Virus record (IMG/VR): IMGVR_UViG_3300038722_000002
Location: 1-64,000 of that record
Length of the DNA: 64,000 bases
Origin: a virus
Reading direction: 5' to 3' (one strand)
This document shows, in pieces, positions 19,266-29,347 of this stretch. The notes beneath the pieces were generated by a model, which did not search any database, was not told the DNA's origin, and saw only the letters and a list, made by a program, of their open reading frames with translations. Every line of letters begins with the position of its first letter. The first letter of the stretch is position 1. The position numbers and the translations under genes are program-made.

Positions 19266-20041
19266 TGTGTGATCTCCTCAAGCACTTGGTATCGCAGTCT
19301 GCCACCATTATCCAGTGCTATATAATCGTCTTCGTTTGTTTTTATATACCCTAAGTAGATTCGGTACTGGGTATCAGATACTATATCGGCAAAGTAGTTT
19401 ATACTCACAGGATCGTCTTGTTCAGGGAGGAAGTAACTTGTATCTTCAAATTCACCTGTGACACCACTTATGGCTATATGGGCAGGCTCATCTGTAACCA
19501 GAAAATCGTCACCATCCACCTTCAGACGTGAGGTGGCCGCTGATGCCTCCCCGAACACCATAGAGCCGCCTTGATCGTCTACAGCTAGTAATCCCCTCAC
19601 CCCTACGGGGTTAAGTAGTTCTACTGTGGTTGCGGTTGTGTTATCAACAACACCTCCTGTTAAGGTGATCGACATAGCAGGCTGATGTTCCCATAGCTTT
19701 ACTGCGTCATATCCTGAGATAACTGATACTGCGCTCATAACACCATCAGGTGTACCGTCACAGGAATCTATGACAGATCTGGCTAATATCGCAGCCCTAT
19801 ACTTATCATCATCTCTCCCTTCTCTCAGCTCCCCTACAAGACGACCTAAGATGTCAAGTTGCTCGCCTACGGCTTCATATATGCCACGTTCGGTTAGGAG
19901 TTGCCACCGTTGGTCTTCCGATACCTGAATTGTCTCCAATATCGATTGTATGACACCTATTACTTTCTCTTTATCCTTCCATTGGTATAAGAGGTTTGCT
20001 AATCCTTGAGCAATTAAATCTTTCTTTAAAGGCTCGGACAT
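19262..20041 (-). CDS. Baseplate wedge protein (DUF2612-like)
   Basis: AVGEQLDILGRLVG..R....DDKYR motif. Confidence 0.8.
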   Translation of the reverse strand: MSEPLKKDLIAQGLANLLYQWKDKEKVIGVIQSILETIQVSEDQRWQLLTERGIYEAVGEQLDILGRLVGELREGRDDDKYRAAILARSVIDSCDGTPDGVMSAVSVISGYDAVKLWEHQPAMSITLTGGVVDNTTATTVELLNPVGVRGLLAVDDQGGSMVFGEASAATSRLKVDGDDFLVTDEPAHIAISGVTGEFEDTSYFLPEQDDPVSINYFADIVSDTQYRIYLGYIKTNEDDYIALDNGGRLRYQVLEEITQ

Positions 20042-20042
20042 A

Positions 20043-21491
20043 TTACGGCCCCACTGGATAAACGTCTTGGGTTGACCCTGAAGCTATCTCTGTAGAGCTA
20101 ATCTCTATGACATCCCCTGACCACATTCCTCCGTCAGGAGCATCACCTGAATTAGCCAAGGTTTGCATCTCTATGATAATATCCTCTAGCCCCGCTACAT
20201 TACTGTAAATAGGGCCAATCATACGTTTAGGGATAACATCTACACCTACACCTAACGAGTTCAAATGATCAGCAACAACTTGTTTGATAGTTACCTCTCC
20301 ACCACTTAGGTCGAAGCTCTCTTCGTCGTAGTATGTGTATGTGACCTGTACCGCTACATTGACACTCGTTGGACGTGTGAAGTAGACTGTCCGTTGCTGC
20401 CCATTGGGACGAGTTATGATGACCATAGTGTTACCTACAATCTTGATACCCGTTGGTTTGGTTTCCCATAGAACCGTAGCAATCTCTGTGTTGTCACCAC
20501 CTGATACGATAGGCTCATAGGACTTAGGAGGACGACCATCCACTTCAACACTCTCATCGTTCTCTACAAGGAAGGAGTCTGTGACACCTGCTATAGCTGA
20601 TAAAGCTGCTTCAATAGACTCAACGGTAGCTGTACCCGACAATGCGCGTGTGTTGATGATGCGGTTACGGAAGACTTCATCTGACTCTGTAAGATTGCCT
20701 GTGGTGAGAACTAATGGGTTAGTCACAGCAACTACAGTAGAAGGGACACCGACAACGATTTGTGTAATCGTATTAGCAGGTGCTAGTATGACACCAGCCT
20801 CTTCTGCCTCTATGTATATCTCCGCATCTACACTATCTACGCCAATGTATGTGATACTTGACACAGCTATTGTATTTACGGTAGAGGTTTCGATAACTAA
20901 TTCAATGTCGTCTACAATAGTTGCCGTATAAGGAACACCACTGTCAGCATCTATCTCCGCCTTCAAACCTGTGATGATTTCTAACGCTGTAGCATCTACA
21001 TCAGAGGTATACTCATATACCGTCCCGTTGACATCGATAGTGTACAGCTCAGAGTTATACAGGTTCTTAACTGTCATTACAGCTTTAAGACACGTTAAGG
21101 ATGAGAGTGTGTTATTGGTAACACTAAGATACCGATCAGAAGTGATAGGGTTAGCGAATATAGCCCCCGATGGAACTACAACACCGTTGCCTGCTGTAAC
21201 ACGTAAAAACCCCTGTGTCTTTCTTTCTTCAATCCTACGGTAGCCTAGTAGCGCACCTAAGTCATCTAGGTTCTTACCTTCTGCTTTCAGTAGGTTGAAA
21301 GCATCGTATACTGCCTGATCTAATTCTTCTCCGTCAGCAATAGCTTCTGCTATGATCTGAATAAACTGACCAAGGAGTGTATCATCAGATGTGTCAATCG
21401 AAGCGTCTACGTTAGCTTTTAAGTTGTTAATTAAGTCTTCAAGTATTTCTGGGTAGCGTCTAATGACCAACCCGTCAGCCGTTAAAGCCAT
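20043..21491 (-). CDS. Baseplate J-like wedge protein
   Basis: AEGKNLDDLG, ESDEVFRNR, GRPPKSY..IVSGGD and FTRP motifs. Confidence 0.9.
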   Translation of the reverse strand: MALTADGLVIRRYPEILEDLINNLKANVDASIDTSDDTLLGQFIQIIAEAIADGEELDQAVYDAFNLLKAEGKNLDDLGALLGYRRIEERKTQGFLRVTAGNGVVVPSGAIFANPITSDRYLSVTNNTLSSLTCLKAVMTVKNLYNSELYTIDVNGTVYEYTSDVDATALEIITGLKAEIDADSGVPYTATIVDDIELVIETSTVNTIAVSSITYIGVDSVDAEIYIEAEEAGVILAPANTITQIVVGVPSTVVAVTNPLVLTTGNLTESDEVFRNRIINTRALSGTATVESIEAALSAIAGVTDSFLVENDESVEVDGRPPKSYEPIVSGGDNTEIATVLWETKPTGIKIVGNTMVIITRPNGQQRTVYFTRPTSVNVAVQVTYTYYDEESFDLSGGEVTIKQVVADHLNSLGVGVDVIPKRMIGPIYSNVAGLEDIIIEMQTLANSGDAPDGGMWSGDVIEISSTEIASGSTQDVYPVGP

Positions 21492-21502
21492 GCTCTCTCC
21501 TG

Positions 21503-21898
21503 TTAAAATTCAATAGGTAGGTCTTGGAAGGGGATAATCTCACCACTCTCTGTACTCGCTGTAAACGAGATTGAGAGCTGACGTGTGTTCATATCTAAGG
21601 TTGAGGTGTAATCTAAGAGTTTGACAATATGCTCTCTGCCGACTATCACACTCTTTATCTCAGCATCTACGATACGCTTATCAACTTTACCTAGTATCTG
21701 AAGACCGTTATTATCATTCTTCAAGTAAGGTGTTCCGAACAGGATATTAAACTTCCATTCGCCCCTGAAAGCCCGTAGAGCTATCTCTACTTGTTGCCTA
21801 CATAACTCTTCTATTGATTGTGTCTTTCGTATAATATTGTTAGTTAAATCTAAATCCCCTGTTTTGGGATCTATATAAAAGTCCAAGGACATATTCAC
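21503..21898 (-). CDS. Baseplate wedge subunit / sheath initiator (gp25, DUF2634-like)
   Basis: LRAFRGEWKFNILFGTPY motif. Confidence 0.8.
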   Translation of the reverse strand: MNMSLDFYIDPKTGDLDLTNNIIRKTQSIEELCRQQVEIALRAFRGEWKFNILFGTPYLKNDNNGLQILGKVDKRIVDAEIKSVIVGREHIVKLLDYTSTLDMNTRQLSISFTASTESGEIIPFQDLPIEF

Positions 21899-21900
21899 CT

Positions 21901-21990
21901 AATGCCTCTGAGGGCGTCTGTATGCCCCGTAGAGGGCGTTTAAGAGTTGAGTAGTACAATGACCTTAGTTTACAATAGGAGCGCTTGTAG
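21901..21990. repeat. Member of a dispersed ~100-bp periodic element family (strong-gyrase-site-like)
   Basis: AATGCCTCTGAG shared with 60346-60357; ~10-11-bp alternation of GC and TA patches. Confidence 0.5.
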
Positions 21991-22263
21991 CTACCCTGAC
22001 GTGGCGTTAGAGCTACCTGATGATATACTATGTCCACAAGAGGTAGCGTCACCTTGTCTAGCCACTGCTATGCCGCCTGCAAAGACTGTAGAGGACGCTC
22101 CTGTAATCTTTGAGGATGCGTGAGGGCCAGAACCGTGTGCGGCTATGCTATCCCCCTTAACCGCTACATTGGAACCATTACACTTGACAGTGGATTGTCC
22201 TGCGCCTGTGATTACACCACCACCTGCTTTATCCACTCCAACTCTAGCCAGTGCATTTCCCAT
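21991..22263 (-). CDS. PAAR spike-tip protein
   Basis: ALARVG, VAVKGD..H..GPH and AVARQGD..SCGH repeats. Confidence 0.9.
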   Translation of the reverse strand: MGNALARVGVDKAGGGVITGAGQSTVKCNGSNVAVKGDSIAAHGSGPHASSKITGASSTVFAGGIAVARQGDATSCGHSISSGSSNATSG

Positions 22264-22272
22264 ACAACACCT

Positions 22273-22902
22273 CTAGTTTAAGTTGACTGTGGAGCCTGTA
22301 ATGTTAACAGCACCTACCGCAGCTATATTAATATCACCAGCAGAGTTTAGATTGAGGTTGCCGTTAGAATTGATAGTGGTTGTGCCCGTAACCGTTAAGT
22401 TGGCATCACCAGCTACCTGTCCCTCGATGTCCCCGTTATTTTTAAATTGATAACTAGACCCTGCGAATTTAAGTTCTACGTGATCTGGGTTAGGTGTTGC
22501 GTTGTTTTTATCTGTCCCAAACCCTGTTATGACAAAGGCATCAGTAATATTATGTGAGCGTGAAGTATTAGGTATGTTGCTCGTTTTACCGTCACTAGAA
22601 GCCCACTTATCTATATCCCGTTGTGAGAAAATGGCTAACACCACATCATCCTTTGCTACAGGCATTGTGAGCCATGCACCACCACCACCTAACATGTGAA
22701 CTGGGACTTCGAATACGCTTTGTGCAGGAAGGGATTTACCATCCTCGTACAACCTGTCAATTGTCACAGATATATCCACCACCTGTCTTGTCTCATAATT
22801 CTCCGTAGATGTTATGACTGCTGGGAGGGCGGTGTAGATTGAGTCCCTTGCGAATGCTTTAGCAATCCGTTGAACACTCTCTTGGAAATTAAAATCAAGC
22901 AT
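22273..22902 (-). CDS. Baseplate central spike (gp138/gpV-like)
   Basis: TALPAVI, VPV...GGG...P...DD.VL.IFSQRDID, HNITDAF; short C-terminal beta-helix. Confidence 0.85.
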   Translation of the reverse strand: MLDFNFQESVQRIAKAFARDSIYTALPAVITSTENYETRQVVDISVTIDRLYEDGKSLPAQSVFEVPVHMLGGGGAWLTMPVAKDDVVLAIFSQRDIDKWASSDGKTSNIPNTSRSHNITDAFVITGFGTDKNNATPNPDHVELKFAGSSYQFKNNGDIEGQVAGDANLTVTGTTTINSNGNLNLNSAGDINIAAVGAVNITGSTVNLN

Positions 22903-23851
22903 TGAGGTTATGTCTCCTGAGAGAGATCTCAGTGTCCCAAGTATCTCCTTCCGTATCTAATCTATGTGTTATACCGAAGGGCTGGTATGTGCCGTTGTAA
23001 TCTATTCTATCCACCACTTCGATGAACCTGTCCAGATTGATACGTCCGTCTAGGAACGTAACCAATGTAACACCCTCTGTAGCTGCCGTATCTTGATCAG
23101 GAGTGCTGTTATTGTCACTAACTGGTTGCAACTGGCCTTTTATATTATCTGGGCCTATGCGTACCACACTGGCAAACGAAGGTGCTTCTTTAGGTTCTAT
23201 GTGTATCGTACCTAAACTGAGGTAAACTCTGTAATCTACTGCTACAGCAACTTCAGATAGTTTAGGTAAGAGAAACCCTTCGTATGTATGTCCTTTAGGG
23301 AGTTGTTGTTGAAGCCTTTTAGCCCCCTCTAAGGATGTATCTATAGGCTTGACAGGGATCTTAAACTCTTTCGCGGTATCAATAATCTGATTAAATACTT
23401 GCAGGTATGTGCTCTTAGGAGGAAGAGAACCCCCTATCCTTAAATTAATAGTCGAATGAGCTGAGTCTGCACAAACTATCTCAGTTATCAGGTCAGCCCC
23501 ATCTCTGCGGGTAAAGGTATTCCCTACTTGTCCCGTGAAGATTAAACTCAAGCTTTCCTGTGTGGCATACCCTGCGTACAAGAAGACACTAAACCCTTGT
23601 TGTATCTTAGCCTTAGTGTCTTTAGATAGATTATATAAAGATATCGTACAAGGACTTGAGGCACCACTTCCATTCTCCTTAGAGGAAGTAATGGTTGCTG
23701 CCATTCGCACACTATTTATCTTAATTGCAGACTGTGTAACCTCACTAGGGTTGGCTACAAGAGGGTTGGTTGTGTTGTAGACTTTCGTCTCTAAAGGTTC
23801 TCTTGAGTCCCCTATCAGGAGTTCATACTTTCTACCGAATAGTGTTGTCAA
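22895..23851 (-). CDS. Baseplate hub protein
   Basis: FGRKYEL, ISLYNLS, LYAGY...IFTG and HRLDT motifs. Confidence 0.8.
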   Translation of the reverse strand: MTTLFGRKYELLIGDSREPLETKVYNTTNPLVANPSEVTQSAIKINSVRMAATITSSKENGSGASSPCTISLYNLSKDTKAKIQQGFSVFLYAGYATQESLSLIFTGQVGNTFTRRDGADLITEIVCADSAHSTINLRIGGSLPPKSTYLQVFNQIIDTAKEFKIPVKPIDTSLEGAKRLQQQLPKGHTYEGFLLPKLSEVAVAVDYRVYLSLGTIHIEPKEAPSFASVVRIGPDNIKGQLQPVSDNNSTPDQDTAATEGVTLVTFLDGRINLDRFIEVVDRIDYNGTYQPFGITHRLDTEGDTWDTEISLRRHNLNA

Positions 23852-24201
23852 GTCACACCTCTTTCCTCAAGCTCCTGTTTACTCCAATAGAGTAAGGAAT
23901 AATCTTTGTCTATACCGAAGTTATCGAACCCCAAAGGTCTATTACTGTTATTGTTACGGACAACTTCTAATTCACCCTCAAAGCCATCCAAGATGTAACC
24001 CTCTAGCAACCTCTGCGGTTCAAATATCTTGATACCACCTATAATCAATACTCCGAAAGCATTGTACAGGGAGATACGCCACCGTCCTTCACCTGCGTTA
24101 TCCCTTTGGTTATAGGAGTAGTCTATCTTGTAAGGCGTCTGGGCTAATGGCACAGAGTCTAGCTGGCTCGCTACCAAAGGGATGTTTAATTGAACTGGCA
24201 T
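23848..24201 (-). CDS. Baseplate-associated virion protein
   Basis: YNQR..W.ISLY...FG....LLY; conserved position. Confidence 0.7.
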   Translation of the reverse strand: MPVQLNIPLVASQLDSVPLAQTPYKIDYSYNQRDNAGEGRWRISLYNAFGVLIIGGIKIFEPQRLLEGYILDGFEGELEVVRNNNSNRPLGFDNFGIDKDYSLLYWSKQELEERGVT

Positions 24202-24211
24202 TTCTATTCGC

Positions 24212-24922
24212 CTATGTGAGAGGTACTTGACTACTAATACTACTAGATATTGAATCCCTATCTATGACAGGGAACTTCCTATCTATGGGAGTATACCCGC
24301 CTTGCGAATCAGGGGGCGCTGGTTGAGACGAGCGACTAAGCGTAGTGTTTTCACGTTCTTGTTTTTCCTGAGCCGTCTTCTTGAAAGTAGCACCAGCAAC
24401 CTTGACAGTTGCCTCTGTAGCCTCCGTACCGAACCTAACTTGCTTGGCTTGGAAAGAAACCTTGTAGGCTTTAACTGTCCTATCTCTAGCAGTCATAACA
24501 CCGTGTGTGCTGTCCTGTGTGACAGAGAATCTTTCAAATAAGCAATTCTCCATTACATTGAACGAACCTAACGCACCGCTATCATCTACACCTACATCAC
24601 CTGTGATTAATGTTATAGGTTGTCCGACTTCCCACAACTTCTGAAGAATGTATAAGTATTCTCCTGTCGTTTTAATGGAACCAGACCCCGCACCTACATC
24701 TGTGATTACACCATCAAAGGTGGCTGTCTGGTTTCCTGTGAAGTAATGATCAGCTAGTGACTTATTATTAACACTAGAACCTTCAACTATATTATCAGTT
24801 ATGGTTGCTGGTGCTGTGCGGGTAATATTCCTTGTAGCGTTCATTACGAGGGTTTCTCTTGGCGCGCCCTCGCTCGTCTCCCTAAAAGGGTCTGTATACG
24901 ATATAAAAAATAAATTAGCCAT
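24212..24922 (-). CDS. Tail tube initiator / Dit-like protein
   Basis: ITDNIVEG....ADH...FDGVITD; immediately after the tape measure gene. Confidence 0.7.
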   Translation of the reverse strand: MANLFFISYTDPFRETSEGAPRETLVMNATRNITRTAPATITDNIVEGSSVNNKSLADHYFTGNQTATFDGVITDVGAGSGSIKTTGEYLYILQKLWEVGQPITLITGDVGVDDSGALGSFNVMENCLFERFSVTQDSTHGVMTARDRTVKAYKVSFQAKQVRFGTEATEATVKVAGATFKKTAQEKQERENTTLSRSSQPAPPDSQGGYTPIDRKFPVIDRDSISSSISSQVPLT

Positions 24923-24933
24923 AAAGATCCATA

Positions 24934-26646
24934 TTAAGAAGAAGGTATGAACTGTGCCTGCGACGATAGATAACCTCCAACAGCCTGAGCAGCTTCTTGT
25001 GAGTTACTTGCCTTAACAGTGATGGGAGCTTGTATATTGTTGATCACAGTTGTCTTATTGCTCGTTGTAGAGGCATTGTTAGATTGTTGAGTGGCTTTAT
25101 TAGCACCACCACTTGATGACAACCCTATCGCTGCTGAACCTGCAACACCTACAGCCGCCAAAGCCCAACCTAACGGGCCTGCTGCTGCGAGGAAAGACAA
25201 CATTGCCACCCTAGCTGCGAGGAACGCAGAACGTAACCCTGTCACCATTGTAGTAGCGAAGCCTGCTTTGGCTCCTATTCCCATCAACCCTGTAACTACA
25301 GACAATTGAGCAGCGGCAAATTTACCTAACCATAGAGTTGCGAGTAACGTGGTTATTAACCCCAACCCTCCTCCTGTAAACCCTAGTTTTTCTAATACAG
25401 GGTCAAGTATACCAACAAGTGTGAGGAACGCTTTGACTATCGCTCCGATAGTACCTACAACTAAAATCAACGGAGGAAGTAGTCCTTGGATTATCTGAGA
25501 CAAGGCGTTAAATAAATCTGTAACTACTGTATTACCACCTAACTTCTTAAAGAGAATAGCGATGTCCAAGAAGGAGTTCTGGAACCTAGACTGTTCGGCT
25601 CCGAGAGTTTTCATACCCTCTTCAAGTGCTCCACCAGCTCTCGCTGCTATCTTAAGTTGCTTGGCGAATTTAGGTAAGAAGTCCTTAGAACCAACCTCAC
25701 CTTTCTTCAACATTTTACCTAATTCATCAGTGGTGACACCCATAGCTTCGGCTGCGTTTACGAATGCACCGTAGAGTCTATCACCTAACTGACCACGTAA
25801 TTCTTCAGCCTGTACTGAACCTTTAGACGCTATCTGACTAAATGCTCGCATAACACCATCTGTGTCTTCCACAGATAGACCAAACGCAGTAGATGCCTCC
25901 ATAGCAGCACTAAAGACTTCTTTGATTTCATTAGCCTCAAATCCTGCTGCGCGCATCGACGTACCTATTTGTTGGAAACCTTTAGCTGACGCTAGAGCAT
26001 TCCTACCTAATTCATCCGACATATCCCTAACATACTGGAAATCTATCGCAGCTTGTTCAGCACTACCTGATGCAGCCAACATCGAAGCGTTAACACTATC
26101 TAACTTCTTAGACATGTTAAAGAACGAACGTCCAGCTTCAATGACAGCGAACACTGAGACATAACTTCTGGCTAGATTGTTAATCGAAGATGAGAGTCCT
26201 TTAGCAACCAACCCTTGTTCTTTAAACTTCTTAGTGAGTTGTGAAGTACTCTCCCTTGCTCTTACCATACCTCTTCGTAATTCTGCGAAGTGGTGGGGAG
26301 ATGTCGCCTTCTCCACTGCCGATTTAAGCTGATTAACTTTTGCAATTTGTGCCTGATATTCAGCAGTTGTCTTAGGGAGAGACGATTCAATCTTGCGTTG
26401 AATAACACCTATGTTTGTTAGTGTATTGTATCGCTTGGTCTCTAAAGTAGCTAGTTTCCTAACTTGTTGTTCTTCTTTACTTCCCCCTGTAGATTTAGGG
26501 CCAACAGGAGAGTTACCTCCTGCCCCCATTCCCATCCCATATTTCCCTAGTTTCTTCAGCCTACGTTCTATCTTATTGATAGCCTTTTCAGCTTTAGATG
26601 TATCTAGTCCGAGGTCTAACGTAAAGTCATTACTATTCTCAGCCAT
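24934..26646 (-). CDS. Tail tape measure protein
   Basis: AFSQIASKGSVQAEELRGQLGDRL tape-measure motif; Ala/Gly-rich hydrophobic C-terminus. Confidence 0.9.
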   Translation of the reverse strand: MAENSNDFTLDLGLDTSKAEKAINKIERRLKKLGKYGMGMGAGGNSPVGPKSTGGSKEEQQVRKLATLETKRYNTLTNIGVIQRKIESSLPKTTAEYQAQIAKVNQLKSAVEKATSPHHFAELRRGMVRARESTSQLTKKFKEQGLVAKGLSSSINNLARSYVSVFAVIEAGRSFFNMSKKLDSVNASMLAASGSAEQAAIDFQYVRDMSDELGRNALASAKGFQQIGTSMRAAGFEANEIKEVFSAAMEASTAFGLSVEDTDGVMRAFSQIASKGSVQAEELRGQLGDRLYGAFVNAAEAMGVTTDELGKMLKKGEVGSKDFLPKFAKQLKIAARAGGALEEGMKTLGAEQSRFQNSFLDIAILFKKLGGNTVVTDLFNALSQIIQGLLPPLILVVGTIGAIVKAFLTLVGILDPVLEKLGFTGGGLGLITTLLATLWLGKFAAAQLSVVTGLMGIGAKAGFATTMVTGLRSAFLAARVAMLSFLAAAGPLGWALAAVGVAGSAAIGLSSSGGANKATQQSNNASTTSNKTTVINNIQAPITVKASNSQEAAQAVGGYLSSQAQFIPSS

Positions 26647-26647
26647 T

Positions 26648-26956
26648 CTATGCCCCAGATGTAAGCTGTTTTAATTTATCATCCATATTACGTGCAACAT
26701 CTATAGCTTCTAATGCGTCTACGTAAGACTTAATTGCCATAACTCCTTCAAAGGAGTAATCGTACATTAATGCTTGCATATTCTTCTCAGGACAATGAGG
26801 AGAGGATATTAAGTTTAAGAAGAACCAATCAAAACTACCTAGAGGACATTTCTGTTCTATTAAGCTTTTTGTTCTAAGGACGTGGTGTCCTGTGTCTCCG
26901 TCTCCATAGTCGAGTGACCCAGAGTACGGAGATTCAAACCCTTGTCCTTGAGCCAC
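26648..26956 (-). CDS. Tail assembly chaperone, gpT-like part (probably expressed by -1 frameshift)
   Basis: Overlaps 26860-27402 in the -1 frame, directly upstream of the tape measure gene. Confidence 0.7.
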   Translation of the reverse strand: MAQGQGFESPYSGSLDYGDGDTGHHVLRTKSLIEQKCPLGSFDWFFLNLISSPHCPEKNMQALMYDYSFEGVMAIKSYVDALEAIDVARNMDDKLKQLTSGA

Positions 26957-27402
26957 TTCGTAAAAGACTTCTGGTATGTCTCTTGAAGGACAAACACCAA
27001 CACCTCAATAAACTCATCAAACTCACGAAAATCTTCTGTTAAGTTTACAGGCTCACCATCTAATGTAGCTGTCTCGAATAACGAATTGATGATCTCAGGT
27101 AAGTCTTCTTCTTTAATTCGATTACACAAAAGTACAACTGCTTCTGTGATAACCATTTTATCTTCAAAGCTGGTTTCTGGGTCATTATCAAACACAGATG
27201 CGATAGTTGGCCCCACAATTGAGATCAACTTAGAGAAGGACATTAACGTAGGTAACGCTCCCATTTTACGGAACTTAAACTCTACCTCTTTTCCTTCTTC
27301 ACCGATATACATTTTACGATAACCACGGCGGTATTCTACTGCTTCTTCTTTACTCAAAATCTTGTCTCCTGAAACAAAAATGGAGGACAGGTCATAGCCC
27401 AT
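26860..27402 (-). CDS. Tail assembly chaperone (gpG-like)
   Basis: Lies between tube and tape measure genes; GAGG RBS. Confidence 0.75.
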   Translation of the reverse strand: MGYDLSSIFVSGDKILSKEEAVEYRRGYRKMYIGEEGKEVEFKFRKMGALPTLMSFSKLISIVGPTIASVFDNDPETSFEDKMVITEAVVLLCNRIKEEDLPEIINSLFETATLDGEPVNLTEDFREFDEFIEVLVFVLQETYQKSFTKWLKDKGLNLRTLGHSTMETETQDTTSLEQKA

Positions 27403-27421
27403 CCTCTCAATTATATTTTAA

Positions 27422-27940
27422 TTAAAAGCTAGGTAAGCCTATCTGATCTAAGATCGTTGATACGGCAGAACTAACCTGTGCTAGAGCTGTAGCATCCTCG
27501 CTACTGAACTCATCAACACCAAGGAACGGCATATAATCAACGTGGAAAACCCATACTCGTGTACTACCAGTGGCAGAGCTACCCAAGCCTTGTTCTGGTG
27601 TTACTTTAATTGAACACTTCTTAGCGAGACACACAATAGAACCTGAAGGGTCTGCCACAGCCATAGAGAACTCAGCTAAGATGCCTGATGCGTCCTGTGC
27701 CTGTAGAATTGCAGATAACACTTTATGTGTCTGTGAGTTCTGTTGCAACGAGAGTGTCGCCAAACCTGTTTTATCAGGGATGATAGACTTAGCAATGTCG
27801 CTTGTGTGTGCGCCAACTTCAACGTCCAACACATCTGAGTTACGTTGCAGAGTAATGAAGTTATCAGGAGCTAATCCTGTTACATTCTGTCCAGCAATCG
27901 CAATCGAAACATTATTGGAGCTATATGTACTTAAAGCCAT
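27422..27940 (-). CDS. Tail tube protein (DUF3277-like)
   Basis: TYS...V.I...G..VTG...D.FI, VGA, G.ATLSLQQNS motifs. Confidence 0.85.
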   Translation of the reverse strand: MALSTYSSNNVSIAIAGQNVTGLAPDNFITLQRNSDVLDVEVGAHTSDIAKSIIPDKTGLATLSLQQNSQTHKVLSAILQAQDASGILAEFSMAVADPSGSIVCLAKKCSIKVTPEQGLGSSATGSTRVWVFHVDYMPFLGVDEFSSEDATALAQVSSAVSTILDQIGLPSF

Positions 27941-27971
27941 TTTATTTATATACCTTTATATTGTGTTACGA

Positions 27972-29330
27972 TTAAGCGTCTGGAGCGTCAAGAGTTAGAC
28001 GACCACTTGTAACAACCGATTCGATTGCACCAGCAAGATAACCTGTGAACTCGATGTACAGAATACGAGATGCTTTAGTAGCAAACGCAATCTCATTTGA
28101 GTCAGGAGCTTTGATAATGTAAGGCTTATCAGCTTGTAGAATATTAGGAGAACCTTCCACTGTTACATACTGATCTAATGTGTTCTGCAACACGCTAACC
28201 ATCTCATTGATACCTACGCGGTCGTAGGAAACTTTCAAAGAATTGATTAGTTTATTCTGATACGCTTCGGTGATACGAGCTTCTAGGAAATCCTTAGAGC
28301 GAATCACATCAATGTATTCACCGCCAGCAGTCTTACATACACGAGTGATGGTCATACCACCAACATCTTCAGTGTAAGTTGCGTTACGGTCAGCTACATA
28401 ACCTTTCTGCGTAGTACTCAGGCTCTTACCTGTTGCAGGATCTTTAGCGTCTGTGAAACCAACAACACGTTGGTTAGCCCAAGTGATTGTACCTGCCTGA
28501 TATGGAGCACCTTTGGCAACAAAACCACACTCAAACAATGCATCGTTGTCGTGATAGAATGCACCAGCCGTTTGAATATAACCAAGGTCTTGTAGTTTAG
28601 CTAGAGTGTCTGTCGCTTCAATAGGGTCTGAGATTGCTGTAAGAGCATCGGCTTCTTGTACGGCAACAAAGTATAACTTCTTACGGGCTTCAACATCAGC
28701 CGCCATGTCAAGAATGAACTCTTGAGTTTTGTCGTGTGCTGTAACCAAATAGAAGTCGTTGTTCTCTTCTGTGATCTCTTGCATTACGGTGGCGGCATTC
28801 TCTGTCGCAGTAACAACAACAGGAATATTCTCACTTACATTACTAACAACATAGTCATCTGTAGCTGTAGCAGGAGCCACTGAGAAGCTACCTGTGTCGT
28901 CAGAGATCAATACACCAGTAACACTGCCTAATGCGGCTACAAGAGCCGTAGCAAGCTCTGCTGACGTTTCTGTACCAGTTGCAGTGATAACTTCAGCATC
29001 TACTTTAACGAGGTCTGTGCCTGTGATAGAGATGGTGTAGGTTTGTCCGATTGCTGTAGCAGCATCAGGAGTATATGAAGCGGTATCAACCTTGCGGCGA
29101 CCAATCATTACTGTTGCAGGTTGTGGGTTCTGTCCGAACATCGCTTCGACAGCGGTACGTTCTGGACTACCTACAGGTAGATCGCCTTGTGCGCCTTCTA
29201 AGTCCACATACGAACGTACACGTTCAGGGAAATGACGGTGAGCGCCGATGAAAATAGGGATACCAAAACCAGCTTGTTTTACAGCTTGGGTTTGGAGAGT
29301 AATTGTTGTTCGTGCTAGAGGGGTATACAT
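27972..29330 (-). CDS. Tail sheath protein (DUF3383-like)
   Basis: GFGIP.FIG, FGQNPQP..VMIGR, GEYIDVIR..DFL and LAGAI motifs. Confidence 0.9.
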   Translation of the reverse strand: MYTPLARTTITLQTQAVKQAGFGIPIFIGAHRHFPERVRSYVDLEGAQGDLPVGSPERTAVEAMFGQNPQPATVMIGRRKVDTASYTPDAATAIGQTYTISITGTDLVKVDAEVITATGTETSAELATALVAALGSVTGVLISDDTGSFSVAPATATDDYVVSNVSENIPVVVTATENAATVMQEITEENNDFYLVTAHDKTQEFILDMAADVEARKKLYFVAVQEADALTAISDPIEATDTLAKLQDLGYIQTAGAFYHDNDALFECGFVAKGAPYQAGTITWANQRVVGFTDAKDPATGKSLSTTQKGYVADRNATYTEDVGGMTITRVCKTAGGEYIDVIRSKDFLEARITEAYQNKLINSLKVSYDRVGINEMVSVLQNTLDQYVTVEGSPNILQADKPYIIKAPDSNEIAFATKASRILYIEFTGYLAGAIESVVTSGRLTLDAPDA

Positions 29331-29347
29331 TTCTGGTGTATTCTCCG

